From a virus (lineage: Duplodnaviria; Caudoviricetes): 26,623 bases of DNA. Shown here in pieces: positions 1 through 8,257 of the stretch. Every line of letters begins with the position of its first letter. Position 1 is the first letter of the stretch. The notes beneath the pieces are model-generated. The model was not told the DNA's origin and did no database searches. It was given only the letters and a program-made list of their open reading frames with translations. The stretch spans positions 1 to 26,623 of the IMG/VR virus record IMGVR_UViG_3300046643_000160. The stretch is one strand, 5' to 3'. The position numbers and the translations under genes were made by a program.

Positions 1-222
1 TCATCGATAATCGCTCGGAGTTCTAGACACTTTTCCAGTACGCCATGGTCGATACACCCGATCACGGAATGCCAGGTAGCCCATGAAGCACGTGTAGACA
101 ATCGTGATGATTGCCGCCCATTCATGCAGCGGCATGCCCAGGAATGAGTAGGTTGCACCAACAACTGCTGGAACAACTTTCGCGGCCTCTTGCACTACCC
201 CTTGGATGTGTTGATCGCTCAT
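1..222 (-). CDS. Holin, T7 gp17.5-like (class II)
   Basis: In-frame ATG at 222, just after the tail fibre stop (225). 73 aa with hydrophobic segments and a basic C-terminus; FLGMPLHEWAAIITIVYT resembles the T7 holin motif FGLSLNEW...IAYT. Confidence 0.7.
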   Translation of the reverse strand: MSDQHIQGVVQEAAKVVPAVVGATYSFLGMPLHEWAAIITIVYTCFMGYLAFRDRVYRPWRTGKVSRTPSDYR

Positions 223-224
223 GT

Positions 225-2738
225 TCAGATCCGCACCCACTGCGACATAGACGACATCCACATCAACCGGAATGGCGCCTGTGGTGTGATCGTCGTTGGT
301 GCGCTTGGCACAGTCACAAGCGCGCTATTTCTAACCAACAGCGATGTGACCGTCTGGGTGCTGAACACCGAAACCTGTTGACCATCAATCGGCGTTGACG
401 GCATCGTGATCGTGCCTGACGCCAACGTGCCAGCGGCATTGAGCCCGTACGTCTGAATGTTGTTTCCAATGGTGTTTGAGAAGCCAGTCGTTACGAAGGA
501 GACGAAGTACGACTGATCCGCGTACCCCGCCTTCGTGATCTCGTTTCCGTTCACATCGATGCGCATGCGCTCGGTGCTGTTCGTGATGAACTGAAGTGGG
601 TATGCGCCATCGGTGCCGAAGGCAACGGTCTTGTTTCCATAGAACCAAGTTGTTGCACTGCCGACACCCGAGTATGAATAGGCAGAACCCGTCGTCTTGA
701 TCAAGCCAGTCGTGCTTGTGTCAGTGTTGGTGACGTTCAGATCAATTGCAGCCGTGGACCCAGTGCTCGTCGCGCCTGAAACAAGGAACTTGGTCGTTCC
801 TGCTGGCGTGCCACCGATACCGACGTTGCCGCTTGCGTCAATGCGCATACGTTCGGTGTTGCTGGTGCCAGTCGCGAATTTGATAGATGCACCTGCGACA
901 TCAGTACAGATCACAAGGTTCGGCGCGGACGAATACAAGAACGTGTCGCCGCCACCAACCGCACCAAACGCAGATTGAGTGCTGTTATAGATTGAGAACG
1001 TTGCCGTGTTTGACACATCATTCTTGATGTTCCAACCTACTTGCCCAGTCGTTGACCCTGTACTTTGCGCAAGTGCCCCAACCGAGCCTGCCCCTTGGAC
1101 GTGAAGCTTCGCGGCCATTGTTGAAACGCCAATGCCAAGATTACCCGCTGAGTCGATACGCATCTTCTCTTGCATTGCAGAAGTGCCGTTTGGGCCAGAG
1201 GTAATGTTGTTCGTGTAGAACGCCAAGGCCGTGTTCCAGCCCGTGGCCTCGCGCATGAAGCCAATACCAGCAGAAATGCCCGTTCCTTCTGCGCCCATAC
1301 CGAAGAAGGCACCATCGTTGTTAGAAGCAAGTCCGTTGAACCCAAATCGCGCAGCCGACGAAAAGTCAGTGCTCTTGGAGATGGTTACCCCGTTGATCGG
1401 ATTTGAGCCAGTAATTTGGACTTGGAACTTTGACGTTGGGTTGTTAGTGCCAACGCCTACATTGCCCGATGAATCGATACGCAAACGCTCCGAGCCATTC
1501 ACCGTAAACAGCAGAGGCAAAGCACGAAGCTCGTTCACCTCTGACATCGTTGATGTGCTGTGCAGGTAAAGACCCTGCGTGCCGTTCACGTTCGTGATGA
1601 ACGACGCATCCGTTGTTCCTTGGCTCGCAACTTGGTTTGAACCAGTGCTGCTGACATGGAGCCTGTATGAGCCATTTGGTGTGGTGCCAACGCCCAAATT
1701 TCCTGCTGCGTCGATGCGCATGCGCTCGGTGCCATTTGTGCCAACGACAACTGGGTGATTGCTTGTAGAGCCGATACCAAACGCACTTGCGAACATGCCG
1801 GGGCCGACACCACCAAAGATCGTGCCATTGTTGATCCCCAACTGTCCCGTCATCTCGAACTTGTAGCCAGTTGATGTCGTAGTTCCGAGAAGCAGATTGC
1901 CACTTGAATCAATGCGCATGCGTTCGACGTTGTTAGTCTGGAAGGCAATTGGGATTGCCGTGTTTGTTCGCAGCGTTCCGACGTTGGATAGCAGATAAGA
2001 ATCAAAGTTGTTGGTGCCGTCGCTTAGACGGAACACGGGTTGAGTGGTAGACCGGCTGGCGACTACATTTGCTGCACCACTGGTGAAGACATCAAGCTTC
2101 ACTGTCGGGGCCACGCCGACACCAACATTGCCCACCGCATCAATGCGGAGTCGCTCTGAACTGTTCGTCAGAAACGTCATGGTCTCCGTGCTACCAACAC
2201 CGTACCCGAGGTAGCCACCAGTTGCACTTGGAGCAGTCAACTTCAGGTAAACCTCACCTGACGTGCTTTGAAGATTTGCCACCGTGCCAGTGCTGCTGAC
2301 ATGAAGCTTTGAAGTGGGTGTGGTGCCAATGCCGACATTTCCACCCGAGACCGTGTACGTTGCCTCGATTGCCGCAAGGCGCGTGTTCAGATCCCCAGGG
2401 ATTGCAGCCGTGTCCTGCGCGATCATCACAAGATTGTCAAAGTCAGCATCAAGCACGTCAGCACGAAGGGCACCACCTTCCGTGTAGTCAGTGCTTCGGC
2501 TCTTTGAGACTTCGCGGACCAATCGAACGATGGTCCCGGCAACTGGTGTCAGCGTGAACGTGACCGACCCACCAGATGGATTGCCGGTGCCGGATACCGA
2601 GTACCCAGATCCTTGCAGTACTCCATTGAGGTACACCTTCAATGAAGCTGAACTGGGAACAAGGTACGGGAATGTGAACGTCGGCGTTGCGCCGCTGGCT
2701 GTGTATTGGATAACCGGGGTCTGAAGTGGGACGGGCAT
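225..2738 (-). CDS. Tail fibre protein with T7 gp17-like N-terminal anchor and ERMRID-GNVGIG repeats
   Basis: 837 aa, G/S/T-rich. N-terminus (TFTFPY..LKVYLNG..GGSVTF..VRLVR..LRADVLDADFD) is typical of the T7-type fibre attachment domain; about 7 repeats of E[RK][ML]RIDxxGN[VL]G[IV]G. SD GAGG upstream. Confidence 0.9.
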   Translation of the reverse strand: MPVPLQTPVIQYTASGATPTFTFPYLVPSSASLKVYLNGVLQGSGYSVSGTGNPSGGSVTFTLTPVAGTIVRLVREVSKSRSTDYTEGGALRADVLDADFDNLVMIAQDTAAIPGDLNTRLAAIEATYTVSGGNVGIGTTPTSKLHVSSTGTVANLQSTSGEVYLKLTAPSATGGYLGYGVGSTETMTFLTNSSERLRIDAVGNVGVGVAPTVKLDVFTSGAANVVASRSTTQPVFRLSDGTNNFDSYLLSNVGTLRTNTAIPIAFQTNNVERMRIDSSGNLLLGTTTSTGYKFEMTGQLGINNGTIFGGVGPGMFASAFGIGSTSNHPVVVGTNGTERMRIDAAGNLGVGTTPNGSYRLHVSSTGSNQVASQGTTDASFITNVNGTQGLYLHSTSTMSEVNELRALPLLFTVNGSERLRIDSSGNVGVGTNNPTSKFQVQITGSNPINGVTISKSTDFSSAARFGFNGLASNNDGAFFGMGAEGTGISAGIGFMREATGWNTALAFYTNNITSGPNGTSAMQEKMRIDSAGNLGIGVSTMAAKLHVQGAGSVGALAQSTGSTTGQVGWNIKNDVSNTATFSIYNSTQSAFGAVGGGDTFLYSSAPNLVICTDVAGASIKFATGTSNTERMRIDASGNVGIGGTPAGTTKFLVSGATSTGSTAAIDLNVTNTDTSTTGLIKTTGSAYSYSGVGSATTWFYGNKTVAFGTDGAYPLQFITNSTERMRIDVNGNEITKAGYADQSYFVSFVTTGFSNTIGNNIQTYGLNAAGTLASGTITMPSTPIDGQQVSVFSTQTVTSLLVRNSALVTVPSAPTTITPQAPFRLMWMSSMSQWVRI

Positions 2739-2768
2739 GAAGCGATCCTCAAGAGAAGTAATCGCATC

Positions 2769-2774
2769 TATTTA
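2769..2774 (-). promoter_or_regulatory. TAAATA late-promoter-like box upstream of the tail fibre
   Basis: Minus strand aaTAAATAg, about 30 nt upstream of ATG 2738, in a short intergenic gap. Confidence 0.7.
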
Positions 2775-2785
2775 TTGAACCGGGG

Positions 2786-4318
2786 TTAGAACTCCACGGA
2801 TTCCCACTGCGCCTCGTACGACCCCTGACTGCCTGACCAGAAGCTGCTCCGTTGCCCGTAGTGACCTGCACGCAACCGAATTGGCTGGCTCAGAATGCAC
2901 ATCGCAACTGCGTCGATAAAGTCATCCTTTGAACGACCAGCACTGCGCACTGTGAAGTCACGGAGTTGAGTTCGAAAGCGGCCATCCATGACCGACTTGT
3001 GCGCGTGGATGAATCCACCAGACAAGCGGATGTCATAGGCCTCCATGATCTTCAGTGCCTTGTTCTGTGTAGTCGCCTTTCCTTCACAGGTCAGTCCTTT
3101 GCCTTCCATCTTCTTGCGCAAGATCGCAGGCAGGAAGTTCCCGATGCCGTTCGTCTCGATGACCACATGCGGAACATCGAACTCAAGCATCTTTTGAATA
3201 ACTTGCAGGCACTGCTCTTCAGCATCGCCAGACAATTGAATGGTTCGATGAACGTAGTAATGACCGTCATCGGTCGAGAACACGATTGCCAACACGCTGT
3301 CGTCGCTGGACAGGTTCGCCATCGAGGGGTCCCAGAACGCAGAGAACGAAACAACCCGTGCATCGCCAATCCTTGCCATCACACCGCCATTCGCGTGCGT
3401 GATGTCGATCTCATGGCTGTACGTGGCAATCAGACTTGGGTCGAGGACCGTGTTGTCTGGGTTGTATGGCAGCAGCAGGTACTGCGAAAAGAAGTGCCCC
3501 TTGGTCGAACTGGCAGCGGCCCGCTTGCGGATCTCGTCAAGCGGGAATCGCTCGGGCCAGGTCGGGACACCATCAAAGTTCGGGAACTCGCCAGTGCAGT
3601 TCTCAAGGACAGGAATCTTTAGGAACGACGCGCCGTCACGGATGCGCTCGTCCTTATCGACCTCACCCAAGATCTCTGGGTAAATGGAGTCATACGCGTG
3701 TGGCGTGCCAACGAAAAGTTCATGACCGCCAGGGACTAGGACGTGCGTTGGTTCAACGAGCTTGTCACGCAGGTTCTGACGCTCAGTGTCAGTGCGCGTG
3801 TTCTTTGGCACCTCCGTGTCGTCATAGATGATCCAGTCGGCACGAGCACCAGTGATCGACGAAAGCACGCCCCATGAAGTGACTGATGGTGTGCGCGCGT
3901 CAGTGAAGCCGCGAACGTAGATGCAATCGGCGCGGTTGATGTTCTCTTCACCGTGCAGGTGCTTCGCCAGCGGGTGACGCTGCATGATGTTTGCAACGTC
4001 AAGCGTGATCTTGGTTGCCGTCTTCTTGTCAGCGGAAAGAATCAAGAACCGAAGCGTTGGGTCTTGGGTCAGCATCCACGTGATGAACAAGCCGACAATG
4101 GTTGACTTCGCGGCACCACGGAAAACCTCAAGAACGCCTGTGTTGTTCAGCCAGCCCTTGTGACTGGTCAGGAACTCCATGATTCGGTAGTGAATCTGAG
4201 GAACATCCTTCCACTCGGGCTGCATCTGCGCCCAGACAAGAAAGAACTCCTGAAACGTGAAGGTCTGGACCGGCGTAGTACACGCAACACGTCGTGTGTT
4301 TCGCTTAATCGCTGGCAT
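2786..4318 (-). CDS. terL: Terminase large subunit, T7 gp19-like
   Basis: 510 aa. Walker A VFRGAAKST, Walker B IIYDD followed by EVPKN, RNase H-like nuclease motifs FWDPS...DDS and KDDFIDA. Confidence 0.93.
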   Translation of the reverse strand: MPAIKRNTRRVACTTPVQTFTFQEFFLVWAQMQPEWKDVPQIHYRIMEFLTSHKGWLNNTGVLEVFRGAAKSTIVGLFITWMLTQDPTLRFLILSADKKTATKITLDVANIMQRHPLAKHLHGEENINRADCIYVRGFTDARTPSVTSWGVLSSITGARADWIIYDDTEVPKNTRTDTERQNLRDKLVEPTHVLVPGGHELFVGTPHAYDSIYPEILGEVDKDERIRDGASFLKIPVLENCTGEFPNFDGVPTWPERFPLDEIRKRAAASSTKGHFFSQYLLLPYNPDNTVLDPSLIATYSHEIDITHANGGVMARIGDARVVSFSAFWDPSMANLSSDDSVLAIVFSTDDGHYYVHRTIQLSGDAEEQCLQVIQKMLEFDVPHVVIETNGIGNFLPAILRKKMEGKGLTCEGKATTQNKALKIMEAYDIRLSGGFIHAHKSVMDGRFRTQLRDFTVRSAGRSKDDFIDAVAMCILSQPIRLRAGHYGQRSSFWSGSQGSYEAQWESVEF

Positions 4319-4808
4319 CGTCGTCCTTCACGACATCAGCGTCCAACGACACCCCGGCTAGACCAAGCGTGCTTCGTGCTTTCTCAAGCAGTGCCGTGGT
4401 CTCATCACTGAAGACGTGCACAGTTTCTGCACGTAGTTCCTCTTCATGGCGATGCTTCTGACCGAGAACGGTGAGTTGGTCCGACAACTTCACCATCTCG
4501 CGCACGTACATCAAGTTCGTCTTGAAAACGTGCGCGGCGGCCTCGTCAACGGCGATCTCTTTTGCCTTGATCGTGCTCAGTGCAAGCGCAGATTCGAAGA
4601 TCTGCTCTGCCATAAGCTCAGAGGTGTACTGAAGACGCGCAGATAGCGGCAACTCGTCAAGGTTGTGGCTGCGCTGAACCTTTCCTGCGCGTTGCAGGAC
4701 GTTGCTCATCACGCGCTTCGCGTCTTTCCCAAGACGTGCGCTGTGCCTCTCGAATACAGTCTTCCCTGCTTCGCCCGCCTTTAGTGACGGCTTCTTTGGT
4801 GTCTCCAA
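4305..4808 (-). CDS. Probable terminase small subunit
   Basis: 167 aa, TTG start with SD GGGAG, overlaps the terL start, helical and charged. Call rests mainly on position. Confidence 0.55.
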   Translation of the reverse strand: METPKKPSLKAGEAGKTVFERHSARLGKDAKRVMSNVLQRAGKVQRSHNLDELPLSARLQYTSELMAEQIFESALALSTIKAKEIAVDEAAAHVFKTNLMYVREMVKLSDQLTVLGQKHRHEEELRAETVHVFSDETTALLEKARSTLGLAGVSLDADVVKDDDASD

Positions 4809-4835
4809 CGAGCACTCCCATAGTTGGTCGTGCTC

Positions 4836-4841
4836 TATTTA
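4836..4841 (-). promoter_or_regulatory. TAAATA box upstream of the terminase genes
   Basis: Minus strand tcTAAATAg, followed directly by a GAGCAC...GTGCTC stem (4810-4835) around the SD. Confidence 0.7.
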
Positions 4842-4847
4842 GAAAAC

Positions 4848-7800
4848 TCAGTTCTTCGGGTACACGTTCTCCATAGCCTCGTCAATCTCATCGAGACTTG
4901 TGTTCATGTTCTGCATGTGCTTCAGAAAGAACATCTTCTTCATATCGATGGTTTGATCCAGCTCGCCATGGACGGCCTTATCGCCCCAGTCGTACCAGCG
5001 CATTCCGTACGCATTGCTCAACGGTCCACCGAACAAGCGAACCGCTCGACGCTCAAGCTTTCGCCATGCCTCTTCGTCACCAGAGTTCTTGGTGGTCTGA
5101 TATGCGTCATTCGCGAGCATCACGGACTGGCTAACCTTGCCGATTGCCGGTCCCATAACGACGCCAAGTGCGTCAGCCGGACCCATCTTGTGATCGCCGC
5201 CTGTGTCGTACTTGTTCGCGATGTTCCCGCCAAAGCCGCGACCGTTGTTGAAAGCACGCGCAGTAGCGTCCATCCAATCAAAGGCTTCGACTGGGAATGC
5301 GAAGACGGAGGTGTTCTTGGCGGCGTTTTTGAGCTGTTCGGCAACCGAGCGATCTTTGGGCTCGCCCGTCGTGAACACATAGTCTCGGGTCTCGTTGATG
5401 ACGTGCGAAATCATCGTGCCAACAACCAGGCCCTCAAGCATCCGGTAGTTCGGGCGTTGAAGCTGCTTGTACGACATGCCCAATGCTGCGAACAGGAAGG
5501 ACTTGAACTGCATCATGAATCGAGCGAATTCCCCTTTCATGAATGGCGGCAGAGATCCCACACCCAAAGTCGCAATCTGGGACGACTGCGTCATGTGCAA
5601 GGCGTACTTCAACGCTTGTTGAGCATCCACGTCCTTGATTGCATCAATGTCGATGATCTTCACGTTCCCGCCCACGTCCCGCACTGCGTCGGAGGTATTC
5701 ACAACCTCTTTCAGCGAGTTGTACCGCGCCTCATCGATGCTGACGTTGTGGAACGCGTCACGATCAATTGCGGATAGCTCCTTCCACTCCTTGTTCGCAA
5801 ACTGATCGGCCCAGGTAGTGAGCGTCATACGTGACACCGAACCACGCTGGAAGTCCTCGAAGAGGTTCATGCCGCTCCAATGGTGCGTGAACGACGCCAT
5901 ACCAGCAGACGTGTCCGCAAAGTTTCGAACCATGGTCGGGCTGGATAACGTGTCGTACATCTCGTGTTCAAACTGGCTGCGAGCAACCGTGGAGAATCGA
6001 TGCTCCATGGTGTGCATGGCACCTTCAACCGCCACACCAATTTCGGCGCATGCCTGCTTGCCCAGCGCACGGTACTCGGCGTTGAACGTGTTCAGACCCT
6101 TGTCGCTGATGAATTTTCGCAGGCCGTGAGCAACTACCTGAGATTGAATTTCAGGCAAGTTACTCATCAAGGCGCCCCACAAGGAAGTCGCACGCGTGAA
6201 GCTCCGTAGGCCCGCACCAAGCGCGCTCGACTTCTGACCAACTCCAAGGAACTCATCAAGCATCCGGCTTGCCGCTTCACGATCAGTCAAGTGCAACTGC
6301 TCAGCCACGCCATTCCGAATATTGAGATCACGGAATGCATCGTTGTACTGTTCCAAGATCACATCACGGTTTGCCGATCCGAAGGTCTGGTGCAGTGCGT
6401 TCGAGTTCGCCGTTTCGCGATTCAAGACCGAGAAATTCTCAAGAGCATCGTGTTTCAAGAACGGTGCGATGACCTCATATGGCAAGTCAAGCGTTCGCGC
6501 CTTGTTCACTGCTCCACCCCGCAGCTTGTCCGACGCAAGCGAAGTGACGTTATGTACTGATGTAAATGTCAGACCGGAGAGCTTGTCATAGACTTCGGTG
6601 GCCATGTGCCGCGCTTCATCGGCGGACAGGCCATGCACTGTCTCAAATCCATTCGCAACGGTGTCCATGAACCGCTTGGGGTTCGCCAGCACGCGATCAC
6701 GGTCATAGATCCGATTGAAGTACGAGCTGTCAGTTACGGTCGCAAGGTCATCAGCGGTAACTTCACCACTGCGAAGCATGTTTGCAAGCTTTTCGTCCGT
6801 GATCTTTCGAATCGTCTCAACCACTGGCTTCAGGTGCGGGAATGGGATCACGTCACCAGTGTGCAAAGCGTGGTTCACCATATCAGCCGCATAGGACTTC
6901 ACCACAGACGGCGTGATTGGCAGATCCGAAACGTCCCGACCCATGGTCTGTAGCGCATCGCGAGCCCACGCCTCTTCTGTCGGCCCAACCACAATGTTCT
7001 CAACACGACGTGCCGTGTTCATTGCCTCTGCAACTTTGTACTGGTAGCTACCGAATTCCATGTTCCGCAGGGTTTCTGCGTTCTGAACCTTCGGACCCTC
7101 TGTCGTGAACTCGTGCGCGGTGAGCTTTTGAGCGAACTCACGCGAATGCGCAAGTTCTGAGTTCGCAAGCGTCATGCGGTCGCTTTTGAGCCAGTCCGGC
7201 GTAACGGCATCCATGAACTGCGTGGCCTTGTTCGCCACAAGCCGGGTTTCTTCCGCACCCGGCGTCACGTTGCTGGCCGAGAACAATGCTTGTTCAGCCG
7301 CCTTGCGTTCTTCTGCGGTGAACGCCTTGGCCCCTGTCTTACCAAGCACGGCACCGAACAAGGCAGTACCGAGCAACGCTGCACCAGCGTTCACGCTGTT
7401 TTCGCCGACACCAGACCAGTTCACCGAGCCGTCTGCATTTCGTGCACGGGCATCGGTGTTGGCGACTGTGCCAACCGCTGCCGCCGTGGCTGCTGTACCC
7501 ACCAATTTCTTCTTGGCAGAGCTAGAAAGCTGTGAGAACTTTGACCCGACACCGCGCATGCCAACGCCGCCGACCGTCCCCATTGCGAAGTTCTGAAGGC
7601 CTTCACTTGTCGTACGCGTTTCCTGGGTGCCTTGCAACAGAAGCTCAGGAATCGCTGATTCAAGAGCTTCACGGCCAAGGATGCTGACCCCACGCATTGC
7701 AAGTCCGCGTGCGGCATTGACTTCAAGACCAACGCCACCAGTCAGAAGGCCAATTGCAACGTTGTCAATGACGCCCATTGCACCACTTGCGATCATGCCT

Positions 7801-8249
7801 TTGGCACCAGCCGCCTCAAGGGTCTTGCGATTCTCACGCTCAGACCGAATGCGCTTCGCGATCAGGTCGTATTCCTGCTTGTTTGCCACGCGGGCGAACG
7901 ACGACGTGTACTCCCCAAGGCCATCCTCTTGCGCCTGTGTGATCGCATGGAAGGTGGTGTCGATTGGCTGCGTCTGGTAAGAAGCATCCTTGACACGCTG
8001 GTATGCCGAGCCAATCGCACTGTCAATCGTTGCCGCCTTGATGGTTTGACCCCAAGTGATCTTCTTTGCGTCTTCTGCGCGCTTCTTGTCCGCCGCATCC
8101 TTTGCAGCTTGATTCTTTGTATCGCGTGCGCTGGCATCGCGCATCACGTCCCAAGGAGTCACGTACTGCGATGATGGGGTTTGGACAAGACGTTGATTTC
8201 GGTCTTCATCAGACTCGGTGATGAACGTTGCTGGTACTTCGTTAGCCAT
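4848..8249 (-). CDS. Large internal virion (ejection) protein, T7 gp16 position
   Basis: 1133 aa, Ala-rich with Gly-rich hydrophobic segments; third of three successive genes after the tail tube; C-terminal MQFKSF motif recalled from such proteins. Confidence 0.7.
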   Translation of the reverse strand: MANEVPATFITESDEDRNQRLVQTPSSQYVTPWDVMRDASARDTKNQAAKDAADKKRAEDAKKITWGQTIKAATIDSAIGSAYQRVKDASYQTQPIDTTFHAITQAQEDGLGEYTSSFARVANKQEYDLIAKRIRSERENRKTLEAAGAKGMIASGAMGVIDNVAIGLLTGGVGLEVNAARGLAMRGVSILGREALESAIPELLLQGTQETRTTSEGLQNFAMGTVGGVGMRGVGSKFSQLSSSAKKKLVGTAATAAAVGTVANTDARARNADGSVNWSGVGENSVNAGAALLGTALFGAVLGKTGAKAFTAEERKAAEQALFSASNVTPGAEETRLVANKATQFMDAVTPDWLKSDRMTLANSELAHSREFAQKLTAHEFTTEGPKVQNAETLRNMEFGSYQYKVAEAMNTARRVENIVVGPTEEAWARDALQTMGRDVSDLPITPSVVKSYAADMVNHALHTGDVIPFPHLKPVVETIRKITDEKLANMLRSGEVTADDLATVTDSSYFNRIYDRDRVLANPKRFMDTVANGFETVHGLSADEARHMATEVYDKLSGLTFTSVHNVTSLASDKLRGGAVNKARTLDLPYEVIAPFLKHDALENFSVLNRETANSNALHQTFGSANRDVILEQYNDAFRDLNIRNGVAEQLHLTDREAASRMLDEFLGVGQKSSALGAGLRSFTRATSLWGALMSNLPEIQSQVVAHGLRKFISDKGLNTFNAEYRALGKQACAEIGVAVEGAMHTMEHRFSTVARSQFEHEMYDTLSSPTMVRNFADTSAGMASFTHHWSGMNLFEDFQRGSVSRMTLTTWADQFANKEWKELSAIDRDAFHNVSIDEARYNSLKEVVNTSDAVRDVGGNVKIIDIDAIKDVDAQQALKYALHMTQSSQIATLGVGSLPPFMKGEFARFMMQFKSFLFAALGMSYKQLQRPNYRMLEGLVVGTMISHVINETRDYVFTTGEPKDRSVAEQLKNAAKNTSVFAFPVEAFDWMDATARAFNNGRGFGGNIANKYDTGGDHKMGPADALGVVMGPAIGKVSQSVMLANDAYQTTKNSGDEEAWRKLERRAVRLFGGPLSNAYGMRWYDWGDKAVHGELDQTIDMKKMFFLKHMQNMNTSLDEIDEAMENVYPKN

Positions 8250-8257
8250 GACTGCCT

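Noticed and set aside
225-2738. Diversity-generating retroelement target, as in BPP-1
   Set aside because: No reverse transcriptase and no template/variable repeat pair seen in the window.
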